In this document: positions 1 to 10,876 of the stretch, in pieces
Numbering within the stretch: the stretch's first letter is position 1
Layout of the letters: every line of letters begins with the position of its first letter
NCBI GenBank assembly: GCA_025558095.1
Contig: JAIVFI010000047.1
Location: 42,421 to 106,420, forward strand
Source of the DNA: Hyaloraphidium curvatum SAG 235-1
Lineage: Eukaryota; Fungi; Monoblepharomycota
Direction: 5' to 3'
Length of the DNA stretch: 64,000 bases
The notes under the pieces: model-generated
What the model was told of the DNA's origin: nothing
Seen by the model: the letters and a program-made list of their open reading frames with translations, nothing else
Databases searched by the model: none
Translations under genes and position numbers: made by a program

Positions 1-3000
1 CCGAAGAGGCGTTGGACTGCCGCGAGGCCATGGCCAGCGCGGTCGAATCCGAGTCCACGTCGCCCGACGCCGAGCTCAGGTCCCCGTACGAGAGCTCGTG
101 GTTGAAGCTCCGTCCGAAGAAGGAAGACGTCTGGCTCATGAGTGAAGGTTGGAACGAGGCCACCGAGGCCTGGCGGTGCATGTTCGAGTCCCTCCGCGGC
201 GGCAGCGGCGGCGGCGAGGCGGACGGCTGATGCGAGGCCAGGGCGTGGTGCGAGAGCGGCTGCGCCTTGCGGCCGAGCAGGGGCTGGAGGTAAAGGGTGA
301 CCTCGGCGTGCTCGGGCTCCTCGATGTACCTGAACGAGAACGTCGAAATCAGATGCGCTCGACCAACCCGAGAGCGTAATGAGCTTACAGGCTGAACCCA
401 GCCCGGTTTTGCGCCGGAATTTCGAGCGTGTAGTGCTCCGTCAGGCTGTCGACCTGCATGCGCTCCGTCACGCAGTCCTCGCGCGTTCCCCCGACGCCGA
501 TCCACAGCTGCGCCGGCGCTGTGCATCGATGCGCGTCAGTCCGATCTCGCGAGAAGAGCGCACCGCCACCCACTGAGGTAGTCCGGCATCATCTTGGGGA
601 TCTCGCACCGCACCACCCTCCCCGCGAACCACCCCGCGCCCGACTCGACCTCCCGCTTCAGCTCCTCCTTCTCCATCTGGATCCGTGCCTTGACGAGCTC
701 GGGGTTGGGCGCCGTGTACGTGATGACCTTATCCGCTTCGGGTTCAGGCCGGGCCGCAGCCTCGGGGAAGGCCTGCTCCAGCTGGAAGAGGGCGCTCGTG
801 GCAAAGGCGACGTCGTCAAAGTCCAGCTCGAGCCTGCCCGCCGACGGGATCTCGGGGATCTGCACCGCCGGTTCCGAGATCCCGGAGCTGCTGGCGGTAG
901 TCTCGCTGCGCAGCGTCGGCGGCGGCGCGGGAAGGGTGGCGGCCGACGCATCCGAAGCCGGGGTGTCGGGGACTTTCGTCGGAGACGGCGGATCTGGCGA
1001 CTGCAGGGCCGCGAGGATGCCCGTCAGGAAGCCGTTCTCCATCGGTTGATGTGCGCCGGCGGGCCAGACGGTCGGAGTGTTGGGAGGCGTGTTGTACCCT
1101 TTCTGCCCGACCGACGACTGACCGGGCGAGCTGCTGGGCGCCGGGGTGATTGGCGTGTTGGGCGGGACGTTGCCAATGGGAGGGAGGGAGAAGCGTGCGG
1201 ATGTCGGAGTGTTGGCGACCGAGGGCGGCGACGACGAGCTCAGAGGGAGATTCTGGATGATCTGGTCCAGCTCCTCGACGTGCAGGTCAAAGTCGCTCAA
1301 TGACGGTGCGCCGTCCAATGGAGTGTTCGGCGGCGGCCCCGGGCGCATCGAAGCGGCCGGGCTCGGCATGGGAGCATCCCCGTACGGCGAAGCGGGCGGG
1401 GTCTTGCCGACGCTCGAGTGCCCGGAAGCCGAGCTGTTGGTCGCCGCGACCTCGCGCAGAGCACGCTGGCTCGTGTCAATCTTGGGTATGCCCTTGCGCG
1501 AAGGCGTCGACTTGAGCGGGATCCGGGGGGGAAGCTGGCTCGCCTGTGCGGCGGATTCCCAGATGTCCTCGGCCTGTGGATGCAAGGAGTCAAAGCAGGC
1601 CTCGCACGAGGCGCAAGAATGACGCACCTCGAGTGAGATTCCGCTCTCCGACTTTGGCATCTGCATCTCGACGTCAAACTTCGAATCCTGCTTCGCCCTC
1701 ATGTTGTCGTCCTTGGCAGCCGAAAGCTCGGGGAGCACAAAGTCGGGTTGCGACTGCCCCAGGTGCGCGACCTTGTCTGTCAAGCGAACAATCCCGGGGG
1801 CGTCCTCGACCGTCGCCCGTGCCACACTGGTGGTCGGCGTGTACGGCGACGTCGTTGCAGGCGCGGTGTCTTTGGAGCTGAAGATGAGGCTGGCCGTCCG
1901 GACAACGTCCTTGGACGGGGACCCGTCGAGCTTTGAAGCCTTGGTCGGCGACGCGGCAGGCGGCACCGGCAGTGCCACGGCGACCGAGGTCGTGGGGGTG
2001 AGGGCTTCGGGGGGCACCTCGATCGAAGCCTGGCTCTCGGCTTCCTCGATCTGTTTCTTGCGGGCCTCGAACAGCGACAGCCCGCGGTCCTTGGTCGGGG
2101 AAGACGATGCCGAAGAGCCAGGCGCAGGTTTCTCGCCGGTCACGATGGGGACAACTCCTGAGGGCTGGCTGTCAGACCAGGATGCAGCCGCATTCTGCCT
2201 GCGCTCGAAAAGGGCGAGGCCTTTGTCGGGGCTTCCGCTTGCGAGGCGCGACGAAGCTGGGTTCGGGTTCGACCTCGTCGGGGTGCGCGAGCCGTCGTCG
2301 AGGCTTTCGCGCGGTGCACGAGACTCGCTCGCCGCGACGTTGCTCGTTGGCTCCGCCTCGTCCGGTTTCGGCGTTTCAGACCGCACTGCGGTTAGTTCGG
2401 TCTCTGAAGCGTCTGTGCTCTGCGGTTCGAACATGGGCTCCGAGATTTTTGCGATGAGGGGCTCGGTGATCGCGACCTCCGCAACGGGGGCTTCCAAAGC
2501 GTCCGCCTCCGCAGGCTGCGACGGCTCCACGGCAGTGACCGAAACAATGTCCACCTTGATCTCCTCGTTGAGCGCTTGAGAAGGCTCTGCATCAGCAGAA
2601 AAGGCCTCAGGAGCGGCCATCCCGTCGATCTCATCGCCGAGGAAGCCGCTTTCCTGGACCTTGAGGTAGAGTGCGAATTCGTTGCCCGCAGGGGGCTCGT
2701 CCTCGACGCGGGGAAGTTCCGGGTGGCTGTCGGTCCGCATGGACTCGGAATCCACGGCCGACGAGAGCATCGAGGTCGCCGAGGTGCCCCTCTCGAAGCG
2801 CGAGATCGACGAGGAGCTCTGGAAGCCCGACTCGGAGTCCGCGGCGTCGTCCTCGATCTCGATCTCCGACCCGGTGCCTTTCCACCACATGCGCACCTTC
2901 TGTCCCAGTGAAGGGTCCTCCGCCATGTCCATGGCCGTGAAGTTGCGCGAGTTGTTGGCGTCGGGCCGGAAACCGGCCTTGACGAGCATGACGGCGATTT

Positions 3001-3409
3001 CGGCCAGGCCGTAGAACATGGCCTCATGCAGCGGCGTGGTCACAGGAGGGAAGAGAGGCCGTTTCCAGTAGCTGGAAGGCTGCGTCTGTTTGCCGTCGGG
3101 GATGAGCCACTGGCGTCGTCGACGGTGAGGAAAGCCGCCCACCTCGAGCACCTGCAGCATGGCCTTGACCATCTCGGCCCCCTTCTTCTTGTCGTCCTTT
3201 CTGGCGAGCCGAACGGCGACGCTGAGCGGCGTCGGCGACACGTCCCCGAGCATCCACGCGACGTCGCGCCGGTGGTTCAGCGAGACGCCCTTGCCGGGGA
3301 GCTGGGCGGCCCAAAGCTCCTGATCACGCTGGAGCGCGGCGGCGACGGCGTCCGCGTCCCATCTCAGGATGCTCTCGAAGAGCGCCGAGGCATCCTCGGG
3401 TGCCGGCAT
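1..3409 (-). CDS. Large ankyrin-repeat protein with long Ser/Pro-rich disordered middle; 3' end runs off the window
   Basis: ATG at 3409 (MPAPEDAS) within ORF 536..3586. Ankyrin-like TPLSVAV and TPLHEAMFYGLAEIAVMLVKAG..DANNSRNFTAMDMA. Short GT-AG introns near 3.1 kb, 510-570 and 330-388, with the frame continuing to position 1. Confidence 0.7.
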
Positions 3410-3900
3410 GGCGCCGGTCGCTGAGTCGCGTTGTTGTGCGGCGGCCGACCAGCCCAGCGCGGGTGCTTCGGGGGAAATCCTGGTGGAAATGAAGAGTAAT
3501 GTTGGTGCCTTTGCAAATGGAACGACCAGCAGGCCGAGCCGGTGTGCCGCGCGGTGGGTGCGGCGCGGGGTGCCGTTGCAGCCCAACGAGTCCGCTCCCG
3601 GCGCCCGCGCGGCGGGGACAACTCACGTCCACCTGGGTGGTCGCTTTCCGTTATGAGCTAGCCCGGGCTGTTTTCCGGAAACCGCGCGAACCCGCCCGAG
3701 TCGGGGGACGGCGTCAGATTCGGAGGAGCGGTTTGGGGGGGGTCGAGCACGCGGCGCGTGCTTGTGACGCACACGCACAGCCGCTCGGATCTGGTTGCAA
3801 AACCCCCGGCAGAAAGCACCAAAACGGTATGAATTGTGAGGAATGTACAGTGGAATAGCTGGGATCTTCGGGTATCGTCGCGGCGCCACCCCAGCGGCGC

Positions 3901-4870
3901 TCAATCGTCCGAATCGGAGCCGCTCTCGGGGAAGCCGAGCACCGTCTTCCGCTTCGACGGCTGCGCGTTGTCCGCCGTGAGCTTGATGACCTCTGCGAGT
4001 GGAACAGACGCGGTCATGGGGCACGCGAAGAAGGATGTCGTTTGCGGCAAAAGAGGACGATCCCCAAGCAAGAGCATCAGTCACAAAACTGCTTCGAAGC
4101 GGGCAGACAAATGCTACCCACCGGATTTCGAGGCTAGGCGTTTCTCGAGCTGTGCCATAGTAAAGTTGTCGTTGTTGCCCAGCTCCTCGAAACCAACGAG
4201 TCTGGCCCGGGCGCCTTCAGAATCCACGTTTCCAGATAGCCGGCTTCGCCCCCCACCTGTCCACCGATATGCCGTCGACAAATGCCAGCACACACGGCAA
4301 AATTTGGATCTTGAGCCTCTCCACCAGGAACGGCGCGTTCTCCACGTCTATCCGGACGAACTTTGTCCGGAAGTGCTTCTTTGCCAGGGCCTGTCGACAG
4401 TCGCGTTCAGTCCGAGAAATCAATGCCAACACCCGCAATGAAACTGACTTCCAGATGCTTGTCCATGATCTGGCACCTCCGGAAGTCCTTGTGGAAGAAG
4501 CTGACCACGACGAGCTTCGTCGTCGTCGTGATCCGCATGAGCTCCTTCTCCTGCGTCACCGTCTCGTACGTGCCGTGGGCATTCTGCCGCATCTCCGAGA
4601 GCCGCTCCATCCTGGCCGGGCCGGGGCCGCGTCAGGACCGGGCCAGGTCCCGCTGTCCCGCGTTTCGGGGAGGTACCCACTCCCGCTTCAGCTCCTCCAT
4701 CCTCTGCTCCCGCAACCGCGCCATCCCGTGGTCCTCGTCCTCCTCGCGTTCCAGGGCGCGGAGGATCTCGTCCTCGTCGCGGAAGTCGTCGCTGCCGAAA
4801 GGGCAACCGCGTCGGAGGCCACCCCGGTCGCGGCGGCCGGGAATGCGGACTCATCGTGCGCCGACGGCAT
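3901..4870 (-). CDS. Phosducin-like thioredoxin-fold protein (PLP1/TXNDC9 family), multi-exon
   Basis: Exons read LREQRMEELKRE / VVVSFFHKDFRRCQIMDKHLE / LAKKHFRTKFVRIDVENAPFLVERLKIQILPCVLAFVDG / LVGFEELGNNDNF / acidic tail SDSDD*. Confidence 0.9.
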
Positions 4871-5274
4871 CCTGGCCGGCCGAGAAAATTGGACAAGTAA
4901 ACGACGATGGGCGAGGAGGGGAGGAAACGCCCGTAGAAAAAAGTCGAGCGAACGACGAGCTCGCGCGTGACGTCGCCGGCTCGCACCGAGAACCCGCCGC
5001 GTTTTTTTATCCATCGGGCGCTTTTGTTATCGATCTGGCTCTCTCCTACCCCAGTTTAGCTACTGATAGACATTGCGGCATGGCACATGTTTGCTCCTTG
5101 CCGTATTTCGCCGCCAGGGGCATGGGTCTACGAAGGGAGGCCCGGAAGTCAAGTCCATCATCTCGGGCATCCATACTGTCCCTATCCTTCACGAGTGGGT
5201 TGCTTGTCGACACCACTCATGTCCAATCCGCTGGATCCGTTCCAACGGAAGATTTGGGGGGCACATGCCGCACG

Positions 5275-6831
5275 ATGTCTGATCGACTCCCAAGGATCGT
5301 CGCCCGGCGGCTTGACTTCTCGGTCAAGCTCTCCGAAATGGCACCGCCGCCGTTCACGGCACGCGAGTGGGCGGCGCTCTTTCCCGCGCTGCCACCGGCG
5401 GCGGACGATGGGCTTGCGGCTAAGGCGGCCGACGGGTCCTCCGAGCCGAGCCGATTGGCGCAGGCCGAAGTGCTCGCTGCGCTGCCCAACGCCGCGCTGC
5501 GCGCATCTGTGCGGCTCTTCCCTGTTGCTTTGCGACTTTTCTCGCCATGGCGTGCGTTGGTCGTGTGGACGTCGCTGCCGACGACGGTCGTGGTGTCTCC
5601 GACCGCCGCACTGTTCGCGTTCGCGCGGGCCGACTTCGCCGGGCGGGCGTTCGGCGCCGCGCAGGTCGGCGTCGCTGTCGCCGCGCTCGCCGCGATGTCG
5701 CTCTCGTTCTTCGTGGCGCAGCGCATGGACGCGTTTGCTGCAGGCGCGGTCGCCGGCAACCCCGCCTCCGCCGACGACTACGCCGCGCACGCCATCGCAG
5801 GGCTGGTGCGCTGGCGGCAGCTGTGCGCCTCAGAGCCACAGAGTGCGCTCGTGCTGCACGTGGCGGGCGACGCGGACTGCCCGTGCCCCGGTTGCCTCCG
5901 GTCCGTGCTGCGCTCCGCCGCTGCCGCGTACTGGGTCGAGACCGCCGTCAAGGCTGCTGCTTCCATCGTATCTCTCTTCTTCGTCTTCTACTCGCCGTTC
6001 GTCACTTTTTCGCATGTATTTTGGCCGACGTGGTGGTGCGCCCTGCTCGGAATTGTCGGCTTCGTCGGAATGGGCTGGGGCCCTGTCACCTTCATCTTTG
6101 GCACGCACGGCCAGTCAGTGCCGGTGCTGGAAGTTGCAAAGAAACTGCACAAGCGTGCGATGGCGCTCGCACTGGATGTGGTGGCAGCGAACCTCGAGCT
6201 GCCCGAGGACGGAATGGCGGGACCGCGGCCGCCCGACGGCTCGGCTGCTGAACCCGAGCGCTCGATCGGTGCCGCGGCCCCCCGGCCACCTCACGGCTGC
6301 ACCGGTCCGCAGGGCACCCTCTACGCAGTGCTGCACGACCGCCTCGCGACCGCCTGGCGACGCCGCTCCGCCGCGGTCGCATACAGCGTCACCCGCCTCG
6401 TCGTCCACTTCCTCGGCCTCCTCTTCGCCGCCATCATCTCCGCCGCCGGCGCCTCCTGCATCCCCGCCTACGTCCCCCTTCTCGCGCTGTACCTCCTCCT
6501 GCAGCTCACCGCCGCCCTCGTCGTCCTCGCCGTCGCTAACTCCCAGATTGACGCCGTCGTGGACCTGTACGTCTCCACCCGCACTGCCCTCCGCCGGATC
6601 GCCGCCTCCTCCCTTGCCGTGCTCCCGAATCTGGAAGCGCACGACGCGCAGCTGGCGTTCTTTGCCTTGACGGCGGACAGGAGCCGCGCGAGGTTCGCGG
6701 GGGTCCCCGTTGGACTCGGGACCGCGAGAGCGGTTGTGGCGACTGTGGTGACCGTCGCGCTGGGGTTGTGGAGTCTGTTGAAGGGGGCGGGGTTGGCCGT
6801 CGTCGCGGACAACGTTTGTCCCGTGGTGTAG
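5275..6831 (+). CDS. Intronless 7-TM membrane protein, putative gustatory-receptor-like (7TMIC) family member
   Basis: Seven hydrophobic segments, a CPCPGC loop, SCIPAY, and C-terminal ARFAGVPVGLGTARAVVATVVTVALGLWSLL. Clearly paralogous to 40710..42333 and 62854..64000. Start may instead be 5338. Confidence 0.75.
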   Translation: MSDRLPRIVARRLDFSVKLSEMAPPPFTAREWAALFPALPPAADDGLAAKAADGSSEPSRLAQAEVLAALPNAALRASVRLFPVALRLFSPWRALVVWTSLPTTVVVSPTAALFAFARADFAGRAFGAAQVGVAVAALAAMSLSFFVAQRMDAFAAGAVAGNPASADDYAAHAIAGLVRWRQLCASEPQSALVLHVAGDADCPCPGCLRSVLRSAAAAYWVETAVKAAASIVSLFFVFYSPFVTFSHVFWPTWWCALLGIVGFVGMGWGPVTFIFGTHGQSVPVLEVAKKLHKRAMALALDVVAANLELPEDGMAGPRPPDGSAAEPERSIGAAAPRPPHGCTGPQGTLYAVLHDRLATAWRRRSAAVAYSVTRLVVHFLGLLFAAIISAAGASCIPAYVPLLALYLLLQLTAALVVLAVANSQIDAVVDLYVSTRTALRRIAASSLAVLPNLEAHDAQLAFFALTADRSRARFAGVPVGLGTARAVVATVVTVALGLWSLLKGAGLAVVADNVCPVV

Positions 6832-6899
6832 GCGTGCGCTACTTTCCGCAGTTGCCATTTTACAATACATACAGATGCTACGCCACGGTACATGCTTGC

Positions 6900-8969
6900 T
6901 CATTGTCGGATGTCGCAGCCTTCGGCATGGGCCTTGAGCACATAGGCCCGGTAGTCAAGAACATCATCCCGAGCTTCCATTTGCTCCACCAAATCCGCTT
7001 CCAGGTGCTTGTCAATGCCTCGCATGTTGAATCCGCCCGTGATCCACTGGTGCAGCACCATCCGTGGGGCATCCGTCCCAAAGTAAGAGTGACCTAGGAC
7101 GTCCTTGGCCGGATTTTTGACATCCACGTAGCGGATTCCTCGACAGACTGTGTGCTTTCCTCTGCCAAGGCGACGATGCCGAGTACCCCCAAGACCGTCA
7201 TTGATGAGGCTCCCTGAGACTATGAGGGCGAGGTCTGAGTAGGTTCCCATTACTAGGATGGGAGGTACTGTTGTCGACGATTGCAGCCTGGCATGCACGT
7301 CGGCCAAGTCCTTCACGAAAAGATCCTCAGAGACGTCTGGAGCCACGAATGCGACAGTGTTTGGGATGGTTTCGCCAGCAATCACCAGATCAAGGAGGAT
7401 TCTGCATCCCATGCTGTGGGCAAATGCATGCAGTTCCATGCCGTGAGAGTCAGTCCACCTCTTTAGCAGCTTCATGCATTCTTTTGCTCTTGGCAAAACA
7501 TGACGAGAGTTCTCTGAAGCCCGAGGATAGTTTGTCCACGGCATGAGCACACTGGTAAACTCGGATTCCCATGCAAATACGACTGGGATGTACTCGTCCA
7601 GGCAGCGGCACTCGACGAAGGAAGCCATCGTGTTCACAGCACCTTGGGCGGTGTTGTTGAACCCGTGGATGTAAACGACGACACCGCGGCAGCGTCTGAA
7701 CGCCTCAAGGGCCACCTTGGCATTCTCAAGGCAATCTAAAAAGCGGAGGTCACCAACGCGGGTAATGCGGAGATCCCGCTTGCGGTGGTTGTGGCCGGCC
7801 AAAACAACGTGGCCGTAGCGAAGGAAGTCGTCGCTTTCTGCTGCCGTCGGAAAGCTGTAGGCACCTTTGCCGGCAGGAGCATTTGGCAGTACGGGCCACC
7901 ACTTGGTTGTGACTAAGAAAAGGTCCCGGCGAGCTCGGTAGCGTTTGTAGTCGTTGAGATCCTTTCCAGCATAAGGATTAGGCTTCAGATTGGCGTCCAA
8001 TGCCACTGTCAGTATTGAAGTGTCAAGCCAGTTACTTGCGATAGACACTGCAGCGCCCAACTAACTTTCAGCTTTAGCATCCTGCTCCAGCAGAATCTTC
8101 GCGCTCTCGTTCCCGACAGAGAACACGTAGCCTTTCTTGTTGCAGGCGTAGCAGCCAACGACATTCAGGTCAGCTTCGAACTGGTCGTCCGCATCTAACG
8201 TCGCATGGATCTTTCCTCCACGGTGCCGCACGAGAGATGACTACTGGGAGCATCGGTCATCTGCCGACTGAGGAACGCACGATGCTGGGCCTACCACTCT
8301 CGACTTGTCTGCATCTATGCAGGCAAGTTCAATCTTTGCGCGGTCCCTGGCATCTGCAACATCGCGTTCTAGCCGTGTTTTCTGGAAGAAGCGGAGCAGT
8401 GATCTGTGAGCCGGACGGCGGCCTGCCAGAGAGAGCAAAGAGGGACGCACGATGTCATTGGCCCGGCGATCGATTTCTGCTTCCTTCGGTGACCGACCCA
8501 TCGGCGCAACGGCCCACAGGGGTAGCCAATCCTTTCGGTACGCAACCAGGAAGCCGTCTCCCCTGACCAGCACGTGGTTGATCCTCGCGCCAGCCAGGTC
8601 AACACCAACGAGCGCATCTTTTGGGCCAGCGGGGCCCTCGATCATGAGCTTGCCGTCTTGGATCACCGCTTTAGTCCCGTTTGCGACGTCGGGTGACCTC
8701 CATTCGATGCCGTCGCCGGAGCTGAAGACAAGCCTCGCGAACCGTTGATTGCCTATCGTCACCTCTTCGAGCTTGAGCTCCGCTCCCCCAGTCTCGGCGA
8801 GGAGCTTCAGTTGGCTGTCGGAGCGGTACGGCAAGAGCTCTCGTGTGGCGCGGAGCCGCATCTTGTCGTCTGACCCAGGGATCCCCACTTCGGCGATGAG
8901 GATGTCCTTGCGCTCCATGGTGGGCTGCGAGATCGCCCGGGGCAGAACGGGAGAGCTTTTGCTCGGCAT
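6900..8969 (-). CDS. Alpha/beta hydrolase (DUF900-like) with an uncharacterised N-terminal region
   Basis: VVYIHGFNN, nucleophile elbow FAHSMG, and LGHSY (catalytic His). ORFs 8241..9137 and 6900..8060 are in the same frame, and both intervening TAGs lie in predicted GT-AG introns (~8241-8294, ~8009-8065). Confidence 0.75.
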
Positions 8970-9019
8970 CGCTTTGCTGGGCGCTTCGGGAGAGGTTGCG
9001 GGAAGCGTCGCCTGAACCG

Positions 9020-9053
9020 CCGTGACTGACTGACTTCCGTGACTGACTGACTT
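9020..9053. repeat. Perfect 17-nt tandem direct repeat CCGTGACTGACTGACTT x2 in a divergent promoter
   Basis: Read directly at 9020-9036 and 9037-9053. Confidence 0.85.
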
Positions 9054-9405
9054 TCGGTGACGGACACGGTTACCAACGAAAGTATCCCCCGTCGAAAGTA
9101 GCAAAGTAGCAATCGCCTCACAATCACTGTCTCTCAACCTGTTTACAGACGCTTGAATAGTCCAAGAACCGACGTGACGCCGCGGTGCCAGGATGGGCCC
9201 TGGCAGTCATCAGGACCTCGCGCATCCGCCGGGGCACCAGGGGAGGCCGAGAAAGCAACAGAGCGGGTGATGAGGGATCGAAGGAACACCAAGGCCCAGA
9301 ACAAAAGCGGTGGTTTAGAATCAGACATCGACTGCGGCACTCACCCGCCCGCCCCGCGTCCTTTGTCCCCGCGCCGGGTCAGAAAAGCCGCCCAGTTATC
9401 CCGCC

Positions 9406-10571
9406 ATGACCTTCGACGGCCCTCCTGCGGACTCACTCTCCTCCCCTTTCGAGCTCTGGTGCGCCTCGCCCCTCCTGGTCGACCGCATTCCCGAGGACCT
9501 CGCGCTCTACCTCCACCCCGGCGGCCAGCCCGAGCGTTACGCGCTCATCGTGGTCAACACGCCGCTGTGCCGGAGGGACAGCTTTGAAAAAATCTGGAAC
9601 AGGGGTCGGTCTTCGCGTGTCGGTGTTCGCGGGGGGTGCTGACGGGTTCCGAAGCCGCGGTCAAGATATGCGCGGACGGGGGTGCAAACAGGCTGTTTGA
9701 CCAGTTCCGGGGCGACGATGCGGCGCGGGAAGAGTGGGCCAGCTTCTTGGCGCGGTTGCCGGGCCGCGATTGATATGCTCGTCGGCCAGATTCCTCCCGG
9801 GCTACATCGTCGGCGACCTCGACTCGGTCCGGCCCGAGGTCATGGACCACTACGCCGCGCGGGGTACCCGCGTGCTTCGCTTCGAGGACCAGGACTCGAC
9901 GGACCTGCAGAAGTGCATCACAGTGCTGCGGCAACTCGAGGTCGGGATCGACCCGGCGTCGCCCGTCGAGCACCGGAAACGGGCGTTGGCGGAACGGCCG
10001 AGGGCGAAAATGGACTTCGTGCCGCACGACCTGGTCGTCCTGGGTGCCCTGAATGGCCGGTTTGACCACTGCATCGCCAGCATCAACACGGTCTTTCTTT
10101 TGCGGGGTGGCCAGATCCACCTCGACGACGGGGTCGAGGGGGACGGCACGCCGGACCACCGCCGCGTCTGGCTCGTTAGCGACATGAGTGTCGCGACGGT
10201 CCTGGGCAAGGGGAGGCACAGGGTGGTGGTGATGCCGGCCGTGGAGGGACCGACGTGCGGACTGATGCCGCTGGGCGTGACCGAGGCCATGGTGGTGACG
10301 AAGGGCCTCAGATGGAACCTCGGTGCGTCGCCCTCTTTTCCCGATCGGCATCCGTGTTCCTTATCGCATGCTTCCGACGGCAGATCATTCGCTGCCCTTG
10401 CGCTTCGGCGGGATGGTGTCGACCTCGAACCAGTTTGCGCTGGAGGACCCGAAACTGGACCACGGCGGGGCGAACTTTGAGCGCGAGTGGCACGTCGTCG
10501 AAATCGAGACGGACGAGCCGATCGTGTGGACTGTCGAGGTGGACCTTGCGGGCAGCTACATCCCGCTATGA
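9406..10571 (+). CDS. THI80: Thiamine pyrophosphokinase
   Basis: ICADGGANRL, IVGDLDSV, DQDSTDLQKC, GALNGRFDH, GPTCGLMP, TKGLRWNL, FGGMVSTSN across exons. Confidence 0.93.
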
Positions 10572-10876
10572 CGGGGCCGCGGAAGGGCGCTGATGTAGTG
10601 GGACGTATTCTATGGTCTTGTAAAGCATGGCTCTCGCATCTCGGTCTGCTTCTTGCAAATTTGGTGTTGTCCGGACGCGGCTAAACCATGACGTGCCTGT
10701 GTGGCGAGTCTGCGAGAAAGGTCCCGAGCGAGTCGGGGGTCAGGCACCCGAACCGCAGCACAAAAGTCTGTGCCGCCCCCCTCCCATCAGGCGCGGCGTC
10801 CTTCGCGGCGTCCCTTTCTTGAGCGCGGCCACCGGCGGTTTTCGCGCGCGCGCCGCGGCGGCCGCTTCCGGTCGCG

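Noticed and set aside
3993-4121. Longer-than-usual (~130 nt) intron as a possible snoRNA host
   Set aside because: No convincing C/D or H/ACA box arrangement seen.
4363-5274. N-terminal ~300 aa of the 822-aa ORF
   Set aside because: Antisense to the PLP1/TXNDC9 gene plus intergenic DNA; paralog comparison puts the real start at about 5275-5338.
8061-8243. In-frame TAGs suggesting stop-codon readthrough or reassignment (also the TAG at 42028)
   Set aside because: The 8 kb TAGs fall inside GT-AG introns, 42028 is a TCG>TAG change in a copy with other lesions, and TAG is the normal terminator of several conserved genes here.
9140-10571. TPP riboswitch at THI80, and a functional link to TPP-dependent KGD1
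   Set aside because: No recognisable TPP aptamer motifs by eye; the genes are ~18 kb apart with unrelated genes between. An Infernal/Rfam scan would be definitive.
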